Shown piece by piece: positions 57,653-64,000 of a stretch of 64,000 bases of DNA. The position numbers and the translations under genes were made by a program. The number at the start of each line of letters is the position of its first letter. Position 1 is the stretch's first letter. The DNA is from Acidobacteriota bacterium (lineage in GTDB: Bacteria > Acidobacteriota > Polarisedimenticolia > Polarisedimenticolales > JAIQFR01): the NCBI GenBank assembly GCA_041494445.1, contig JBGQAU010000003.1:1018-65017 (forward strand), written 5' to 3'. A model generated the notes under the pieces. That model saw only the letters and a list, made by a program, of their open reading frames with translations. It ran no database searches and was not told the DNA's origin.

Positions 57653-60600
57653 TTACGGGCAAGCTCCTGCGGAGTCTTGGACCCTGGGCCCGGACGTCGC
57701 GTCGCCGGCCGGCCCTTCGCCCGCCGCGCTGAGGCCGCGAACCAGGAACCAGTAGAAATCGCCGTCGGAGGGGGTCTCCGTGATCAGTCCTCCGGTCGAG
57801 GTTTCCGGGGTGCTCGCGCGGCCGCACGAATCGGCGACCGCCGTCAGCAGGGCGGGCAGGTCCGGCGCGCTCCCGCGGTAGAGGTTGTAGCTCGCCGCGT
57901 TCGACGCCGCAGCCCACTGCACCGTGTCTCTGTCCGCCCAGACGAGGCCCGTCGCCTCCCCCGCCGGCGATGGGGTGCACGCCTGGCAGGTCGGGTCCGC
58001 CGTGGCCGTGAGCGTGACCGACCAGCTCTGCAGCGTCCCCGTGTCCCCCGGGCCCGTGTCCTGGACCTCGAGCTTCCAGGTGCCGTTGGCTGCGAGTCCG
58101 TTCAACGCCGACAGCGCCGCGTCGGGCCGGTAGCTCCCCGTGAACGGAGCGGCGCCCGAGGCGATCGGCGTCGAAGCCTGGTCGTCGAACACCGTGTTCG
58201 TGAAGTTGTCCCCGGAGCTGCCCCGGTGGTCGGCCAGGATCACGCGTGTCCCGTTCGGTCCGATGAGGGTGAGGAGGAGGTCGCCGTCGTAGGTGTGCGC
58301 AACGTTGAGCGTGGCGTTGACATCCTGGATCGTCCCCGTGTTGCTGATGGGGAGGTTCGACGTGACGGTCGCGTTGTCGAGGATCGACTTGGGCACGTCG
58401 GAGGACGGGTAGGTGTTCGTCGCCTGCGTGGGCGATCCGGTCGGCAGCGAGAACGACGAGTTCCAGCTCCCCTCGTTCGAGCTGAAGCGGATCGAGAAGT
58501 CGATCGCCCCGCCGCACGTGAAGGAAGGGCTCACGACGAAGCCGAAGTGGTTCGGGTTGCTCGGGGCGGACCCGCCAGCCGCGAGGTCCGGGAACGTCGC
58601 CTGGCCGTCCGTGACGGTCACGCCGGCCGTGGCGGTGGAAAGCGTGCCGGAGACGCCTGTGACGCCCGAAGTGCCGTTGCCGCGGGCGGTCACGACGAGG
58701 GTGACGTTCTCTCCCGGCTCGATCACGCCGTTGCCTCCGCCCGAGCCGGTCCCGTTGCAGGCGTCGGTCCTCGCGGACGAGGCGTACTGGATCGAGGGCC
58801 CGCAAGCCTGCGCGGGATAGGTCAGCTGGAGCTCGAAGCCGACGATCGTCCCGACGTCGCTGCCGGCGCCGTCCACGGCCTTCAGCGTCCAGGTCCCCGC
58901 CGCGCTCCTCCCGTTGAAGACCGACAGCGGCTGGTCGGGCCGGAACGAGCCGGTGAAAGGAGGGCTGCCGCTGGCGATCGCCGTCGTCGCCTGGTCGTCG
59001 AACACCGTGTTCGTGAAGTTGTCGCCCGAGCCCCCCCTCCTGCCGGAGAGCGCCACCGTGGTGCCGTCGGGGCCGATCAGCGAGAGCGTGATGTCGCCGT
59101 CGTACGTGTGGGTGACGTTGACCTTCGCGTTGACGTCGACGATCGTGTTCGCGTCCGGGACGCTCACCGTCACCGAGGCGCCGGTGGAATTGTTGTCGGG
59201 GATCGAAACCGGCGGGCCAAGGTAGGAGTAAGCCGGGTTCACGTTCTTTCCCGTCGCGAAGCTGTAGTACGTGCCGCCATTGTTGTCGGAAACCGAATTG
59301 CCCGCCGCATCCACCGACTCGACCCGGAAGTAGTAGGTGAGGCACTCCGCGAGGCCGGTCAGCGCCACGCCGTGGGACGTGACGAGGGCCGCGACCGAGG
59401 TGGTGGAGCTTCCGGGCGGCGCCGTTCCGTAGTGGACGACGCTCGTCGAGGCCTCGTCGGTCGTCCAGGTGACCGTCGCACCGCTCCCCGTGACGTTCGT
59501 GGATTGGACGTTCGTGATCACGGGCGCCGCGCAGTCGGTCATGGCGGTCGCGCTGTAGAGAACGTTCGCGGCGCCGTTGCAGTCGAGGACGTCCGTGTAG
59601 GATCCCGCGATGTCGTCACCCGGAGCGACGCTCAGGAGGCCGTCCCCTTGGACCGGCGAGGCGCTCGTCGTGGCGATCGTCCCCGTGAAGATCATCGAGT
59701 CCGGTCCGGTTTCGGTGAGCACGACCGTTTCCGGCCCCGTCTCGGTGTCGCTCCAGACGGTGACGGTGGCGGTCTCCACCACGGCGGGGTTCGTGTTCAG
59801 GTCCCGGTCGCCCACCGCGACGCGCACGGTGCTGCCGTCGCAGCTGTACGACCCCCGGTCGAAGGCGATCTTGAACGGCTCGGCCAGCTCCGCGAGCGTC
59901 GCGAGTGACGCCTTGACCACCGAGTAGAAGAAGGCGGGGCTCCCGTTGTTCTTGATGGTGTCCGAGGAGGTGTGGTAGTAGGGGTAGTTCCCCGAGTGGC
60001 CGCAGTACCCCTCGTTGTCGGTGATCCCGCAGACCGCCTTCCAGCCCCGGGTCCAGAACGGATAGTGGTCCGAGGCGTTGAGGCTCGGGCAGAGGAACGC
60101 GTCCACCGCGAGTCCGGTGCCGTAGGTCGTCGCCGCCTGGGAGAAGCGGAGAGCGAGGTCCTCCGAGGCGGCGTTGTAGTCGAGGTCGAGGTTCTCGGGA
60201 TTCGGCGTGCCGTCGCCCGCCCAGCCGATCATGTCCATGTTGAGGACGCCGAGGATGTTCTCGCCGCGGCTCGCCGCGTCGGCGGCGTAGGCTTCGCTGC
60301 CGTACAGCCCCTGCTCCTCGCCGGTGCAGTTGATGAACTTCACCGTGTTGCGGAACGCGTAGCAGCTCATGATCCGCGCCGACTCGAGGATGTTGACCGA
60401 CGCCGAGGCGTTGTCGTCCGCGCCGGGTGCTAAGCCGCTCGAGGGAAGGTCGTCGAGGTGGCCGATCACGATGAACACGTTGTCGGGATTCACCGCGCCC
60501 TGGTGCGTGCCGATGACGTTCGGCTTGTACGTGGTGCTCCAGGTCTGGTACTGGGCCGCCACCTTGTAACCCGTGTACCTGTTGTAGCAGTACGTCCCGG

Positions 60601-61213
60601 CATCGGCGCACCCCTGCGAGGCGGAGTATCGCGTCCCGGTCGGGGAATTCGCCGTGAGATCGTTCCAGAACTGGTCGATCTGGGTCGTGCTGACCGAGTT
60701 CACCATCTGCTGCACGAGAGGATCGCCGGCCAGGTCGGAGACGGCGGAGTCCGGGCGGAGGAGAGACGGAGTGTCCCTCGGCGGGTCCACCGGGTCGGAT
60801 GGCACGACGGAGACGAACACCTTCGCTTCCTCGAGGAGTTCCATGGAAACGTTCGGGTCGACCCTCACCAGCACCCAGTTGTCCTCATGAAAGAGAACGG
60901 TGCCCATCGATTCGAGCATCCCGCGCCGCGAATCGGGTCTCAGGCCGATGACCAGGTAGCGCCGGTCCCCGGCTGCGGGATCGAGCACGGTCGTCTCGTA
61001 CCCGCGCTTCTCGAGCCCCTCGACGTCTCGCGGGTCGCCCCGGAGGAACAGGCACGAGTCCATCTCCGCGACGATCGGGAAGCCCGCGAGCCTGAGGAGC
61101 TTCAGGTCGTCGGCGGTCTTCCGCCCGACCCGGACCAGGATCGTGGAATCGGCGGCGACGGCCGCGCCGCAGGCGAGGATCAGACAGCAGATCGAGACGG
61201 CGATTCGCTTCAC
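57653..61213 (-). CDS. Secreted M28-family metallopeptidase with FN3-like module and two proprotein-convertase P-domains
   Basis: Signal peptide. The M28 core shows VIGHLDD…GADDNASASV…FINCTGEEQGLYGSEAY. The two P-domains are …GDNFTNTVFDDQATTAIASGSPPFTGSFRPDQPLSVFNGRSAAGTWTLKAVD… and …GDNFTNTVFDDQASTPIASGAAPFTGSYRPDAALSALNGLAANGTWKLEVQD…. Confidence 0.85.
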   Translation of the reverse strand: MKRIAVSICCLILACGAAVAADSTILVRVGRKTADDLKLLRLAGFPIVAEMDSCLFLRGDPRDVEGLEKRGYETTVLDPAAGDRRYLVIGLRPDSRRGMLESMGTVLFHEDNWVLVRVDPNVSMELLEEAKVFVSVVPSDPVDPPRDTPSLLRPDSAVSDLAGDPLVQQMVNSVSTTQIDQFWNDLTANSPTGTRYSASQGCADAGTYCYNRYTGYKVAAQYQTWSTTYKPNVIGTHQGAVNPDNVFIVIGHLDDLPSSGLAPGADDNASASVNILESARIMSCYAFRNTVKFINCTGEEQGLYGSEAYAADAASRGENILGVLNMDMIGWAGDGTPNPENLDLDYNAASEDLALRFSQAATTYGTGLAVDAFLCPSLNASDHYPFWTRGWKAVCGITDNEGYCGHSGNYPYYHTSSDTIKNNGSPAFFYSVVKASLATLAELAEPFKIAFDRGSYSCDGSTVRVAVGDRDLNTNPAVVETATVTVWSDTETGPETVVLTETGPDSMIFTGTIATTSASPVQGDGLLSVAPGDDIAGSYTDVLDCNGAANVLYSATAMTDCAAPVITNVQSTNVTGSGATVTWTTDEASTSVVHYGTAPPGSSTTSVAALVTSHGVALTGLAECLTYYFRVESVDAAGNSVSDNNGGTYYSFATGKNVNPAYSYLGPPVSIPDNNSTGASVTVSVPDANTIVDVNAKVNVTHTYDGDITLSLIGPDGTTVALSGRRGGSGDNFTNTVFDDQATTAIASGSPPFTGSFRPDQPLSVFNGRSAAGTWTLKAVDGAGSDVGTIVGFELQLTYPAQACGPSIQYASSARTDACNGTGSGGGNGVIEPGENVTLVVTARGNGTSGVTGVSGTLSTATAGVTVTDGQATFPDLAAGGSAPSNPNHFGFVVSPSFTCGGAIDFSIRFSSNEGSWNSSFSLPTGSPTQATNTYPSSDVPKSILDNATVTSNLPISNTGTIQDVNATLNVAHTYDGDLLLTLIGPNGTRVILADHRGSSGDNFTNTVFDDQASTPIASGAAPFTGSYRPDAALSALNGLAANGTWKLEVQDTGPGDTGTLQSWSVTLTATADPTCQACTPSPAGEATGLVWADRDTVQWAAASNAASYNLYRGSAPDLPALLTAVADSCGRASTPETSTGGLITETPSDGDFYWFLVRGLSAAGEGPAGDATSGPRVQDSAGACP

Positions 61214-61401
61214 GTTGCCCCCCGAATGGAACGAAAGAAACCTCGCGCAAGGCAGGCGACCCGTCCCGTACGCCTCTCGGGCCGAACGCTGCTCCGGTTT
61301 CCCCGGAGCAAGACGCTCGTCCGCCCGACCGGGCCTTCCGGGACCGCACGCCCACAGGAAGCGTACGACGAAAAGCGGAAAAAGGAAGGGGAACCGCGCC
61401 G

Positions 61402-61625
61402 ATGATGCGGTGGCCGGCCGCGGACCCGCCCGCCTCCTCCACCGTACCGCGGCGCGCGTTCGTGCTGTTCTTCGCCGCCGCGGTCGGCTACGTCTCGCTC
61501 AGCCAGGAGATGATCTGGATGCGCCTCGTGTCGTACATGACCGGCGGCAACCCGTCGGCGTTCGCGCATGTTCTGGGGTTCTTCCTGGTCGGGGTGGCGT
61601 TGGGAGCGTTCTGCGACCGGCAGCC
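61402..61625 (+). pseudogene. Probable truncated remnant of a spermidine-synthase-like/MFS-fused membrane protein (N-terminal two helices only)
   Basis: RRAFVLFFAAAVGYVSLSQEMIWMRLVSYMTGGNPSAFAHVLGFFLVGVALGAF matches the conserved N-terminal TM pattern of that family. The reading frame then turns non-protein-like and runs into the next gene. Confidence 0.35.
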
Positions 61626-61729
61626 CTCTCCTGCTGATTTTGGCGGCCGATCGCCGGCACAGGTATGCTGGAGCGTTCCGTGGCAGCTCGCTTTGGCTGC
61701 CGCAGTGATCGAAGCTCGAGGAGAAGCCG

Positions 61730-63373
61730 ATGCACGAGCCTCTCGAAGAAGCCCAGCCGACCGGCCCCCGCGCGGACGACGGGACTTCGCATCGCCCATC
61801 GCCACCCACGGGCTCGCCCGACGCATCTCGGAACGGTCTAGGCGGCTCGCAGCCGAGGCTCCTGCAGGACGTCGTCGACAGCATCCCTGATGGCGTCGTG
61901 GTGGCGGACAGGAATGGCCGGTTCCTGCACTTCAATCCGGCCGCCGAACGGATTCTGGGTCTGGGGCCGCTCGGCGTACCCGTCGCCGACTGGAGTCTGG
62001 CCTACGGTTGTTTCTGCGAGGACGGCGTCACACCGCTCCCCTCGGATGAGCTCCCGCTGGCCCGAGCCATGAGGGGCGACACCGTCTTTGACTTCCCGCT
62101 CTTCGTCAGGAACCGGTGCGTGCCTGAGGGAGTCTGGCTGAGCATCGATGCCAGCCCGCTCAAAGACGACACCGGGGCGCTCATCGGCGGCATCGTGGTC
62201 TTCCGTGACGTGACGGAGAAACGTCGGGAACACCCGCGCATCGAGCTGCTGTCCTGGGTCGTGGAGCAGACCGCCGACATGGTCGTCATCACCGATCGCG
62301 ACGGCCTGATCGAGTACGTGAACGCGGCCGTGGAACGGACGACCGGATTCGCGGCGTCGGAACTGATAGGCCGGACCCCCCGGGCGTTCCGGTCCGGCGC
62401 TCACGACAACGCGTTCTACGACGATCTGTGGGCGACGCTTTCCGCGGGCCAGGTGTATCGCGGCACGATCATCAACCGCAAGAAGAACGGCGACACGTTC
62501 CATTCCGAGCAGACGATCACGCCGATTCGGGATGCCACGGGGAACGTGGCTTACTTCGTGTCGGTCGGCAGGGACATGACCGACCGTCGCAGGGCCGAAG
62601 CGCAAGAGAGCCGCCACCTTCTGGCACGGGCTGTCCAGCAGCGGCTCCTTCCGGCCGTTCCGCCCTCCGTCTGCGGGTTCAAGATCGGGGGCGCCGTGTA
62701 CACCGCCGACAAGACGGGCGGGGACTACATCGATTTCATTCCGCTCCCCGATTTCACCACAGGGGTCGTGGTGGGCGACGTGAGCGGGCACGCGTTCGAC
62801 GCCGCCCTCGTGATGGCCCAAACGCGGGCCTTTCTTAGATCGATAGCGCAGACGACCGCTGACCCCGGAACCATACTCACGCGGGTGAACCGGGCGCTCG
62901 TCGGCGACATCGCGGAGAACCAGTTCGTCACGCTGGTGTTCGCCTGTCTGCACGAGCCGTCAAGAACGTTGCGATATGCCAGCGCCGGACACCCGGCGGG
63001 CCATGTCCTCGACAGATCCGGGGTGTCGAAGTGCGAGCTCCCGAGCACCGGGATCCCGCTCGGCATGTTCGCCGAGACGACGTACGAGACGGCGCCGACC
63101 ACGCCGCTGGAAGAAGACGATCTTGTCGTGTTCTTCACGGATGGCGTCACGGAGGCCGAGAACGGCGATGGCACGCACTTCGGCGCTGCGCGCGCGCTCG
63201 ACGTGATCCGGAGCGCCTGGCGGGAGCCGGCGGCCAAGATCGTGCACCGCGTGTACCGCGCGGTCCGCGATTTCGGGGGCCGCAGGCCGCAGGACGACGA
63301 CATCACGGCGGTGGTCTGCAGGGTCGCACGCGGCGAGCCCCCCAATCCGGGCACAGGGAAGAGAATGGGTTAA
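61730..63373 (+). CDS. PAS-PAS-PP2C (SpoIIE/RsbU-type) serine phosphatase
   Basis: Two PAS modules (IPDGVVVADRNGRFLHFNPAAERILG; ADMVVITDRDGLIEYVNAAVERTTGF). The PP2C core shows GGDYIDFI…VVGDVSGHAFDAALVMA…FTDGVTEA…DDITAVV. Confidence 0.85.
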   Translation: MHEPLEEAQPTGPRADDGTSHRPSPPTGSPDASRNGLGGSQPRLLQDVVDSIPDGVVVADRNGRFLHFNPAAERILGLGPLGVPVADWSLAYGCFCEDGVTPLPSDELPLARAMRGDTVFDFPLFVRNRCVPEGVWLSIDASPLKDDTGALIGGIVVFRDVTEKRREHPRIELLSWVVEQTADMVVITDRDGLIEYVNAAVERTTGFAASELIGRTPRAFRSGAHDNAFYDDLWATLSAGQVYRGTIINRKKNGDTFHSEQTITPIRDATGNVAYFVSVGRDMTDRRRAEAQESRHLLARAVQQRLLPAVPPSVCGFKIGGAVYTADKTGGDYIDFIPLPDFTTGVVVGDVSGHAFDAALVMAQTRAFLRSIAQTTADPGTILTRVNRALVGDIAENQFVTLVFACLHEPSRTLRYASAGHPAGHVLDRSGVSKCELPSTGIPLGMFAETTYETAPTTPLEEDDLVVFFTDGVTEAENGDGTHFGAARALDVIRSAWREPAAKIVHRVYRAVRDFGGRRPQDDDITAVVCRVARGEPPNPGTGKRMG

Positions 63374-63758
63374 GGTCGTGCGCTACGCAGGTGGGAGACG
63401 GGGTGACGGTGGCCATCAAGATCGGGTCGAGCCGGCTGACGGCCTGCGGGTTCTGAGGCCCGCGGCCGACCGATCGACGCCTGACACCCTTCGCCGGGGG
63501 GCTGACACTGCGCGTCGCTCGGCGGCCCCCACCGGATGGCCGGCGGCCGCGCGGTTGCCACGCACGCTTCGCCGGCGGGGTGCGCGCCCGGAGCCGCCTA
63601 TAGGGCCGGATCCCTTGGCCCGGCCGTGAATTCCGCGCCGACGGCTTCCTGACGGTCCGGCGCGGGCCGGGAGCCAGCCGGGGGGCGATTGCGGTCTCGT
63701 TCCCTGGAACACACATTGCTTCATACGGGGAGGTGCGTTAGCGGAACGGGAGGGGGCC

Positions 63759-64000
63759 ATGACGGTTCGTGAGAACCATCGCAACAATCGGCGCGGCGAG
63801 GCCGGCTACTCGATGGTCGAGCTGATGATCGTGCTGGTTTTCATCTCCATCATCGCCGGCATCGCGCTCAACGCCGCGATGTACGCATTCGACGTGTCGC
63901 GCCTCGGACGGACCGTGGCCGAGATCCGCTGCGTCGCCGACGCCATCACCAAGTACCAGACCGACAACAGCTCCCTTCCCGGCGGCGGCCTGCAGCCGGT
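63759..64000 (+). CDS. Second pilin/pseudopilin-like protein (3' end cut by window edge)
   Basis: Own translation gives MTVRENHRNNRRGEAG/YSMVELMIVLVFISIIAGIAL with Glu at +5, preceded by a GGGAGGGGG SD. It is not in the supplied ORF track because there is no stop codon within the window. Confidence 0.7.
   Translation, partial: MTVRENHRNNRRGEAGYSMVELMIVLVFISIIAGIALNAAMYAFDVSRLGRTVAEIRCVADAITKYQTDNSSLPGGGLQP

Noticed and set aside
57489-59908. 618-aa minus-strand and 755-aa plus-strand ORFs overlapping the M28 peptidase gene.
   Set aside because: They are RGD-rich shadow frames. The 1186-aa frame carries a signal peptide, M28 motifs and P-domain motifs.
1-64000. CRISPR arrays, rRNA genes, IS elements, transposases, integrases and prophage structural genes.
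   Set aside because: No regularly spaced identical repeats of 24-40 bp were seen. No rRNA-like conserved stretches were seen. No DDE, tyrosine- or serine-recombinase motifs were seen in any credible ORF.

Overview
High-GC bacterial chromosomal window. The organism is probably diderm, because the window encodes outer-membrane beta-barrels, lipoproteins, pseudopilins and a MacA-type adaptor. The lineage cannot be assigned from sequence alone. Long Arg/Pro/Gly-rich antisense shadow ORFs are everywhere and were discarded.

The window splits into two parts. (A) nt 1 to about 9660 is a visibly lower-GC accessory or defence island. It carries a 5'-truncated type IIG-like restriction-modification fusion enzyme. 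It also carries three orphan genes (one small basic, two secreted), two of which share a duplicated promoter/SD/N-terminal module. Next comes an ORF-poor stretch of about 1 kb with four phased iteron-like repeats. The island ends with three consecutive HEPN-family genes of different types (ApeA-like, Abi_C-like, AbiJ-like). It stops exactly at a 24-nt tRNA 3'-end fragment (9637-9660). No integrase or transposase is visible.

(B) The rest looks like core genome:
- alpha-glucan phosphorylase plus a PH/zinc-ribbon gene, and an OYE flavin reductase
- a fused NikM/CbiM-PDGLE-CbiQ ECF component with a His-tailed ATPase
- formimidoyltransferase-cyclodeaminase
- a nitrogen locus: a histidine kinase and a degenerate NtrC-like regulator, followed by an FAD/FeS oxidoreductase, a tandem GltB-like FMN protein and a GATase-GXGXG fusion. 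Divergently, amtB is paired with a porin instead of glnK.
- MacA plus two FtsX-type permeases with no ATPase
- a DUF4143-type ATPase, YceI, an aldo-keto reductase and a GT2-methyltransferase fusion
- two orphan pseudopilin genes
- a RES-Xre toxin-antitoxin pair with a perfect palindromic operator
- tricorn protease
- an envelope cluster: two GT-C-like transferases, an AlkP-like/TPR lipoprotein and a PilZ protein
- a large M28 peptidase with a duplicated P-domain, and a PAS-PP2C phosphatase

No rRNA, intact tRNA, CRISPR array or IS element was recognised. All functional calls rest on motifs read by eye and need HMM or structure confirmation.
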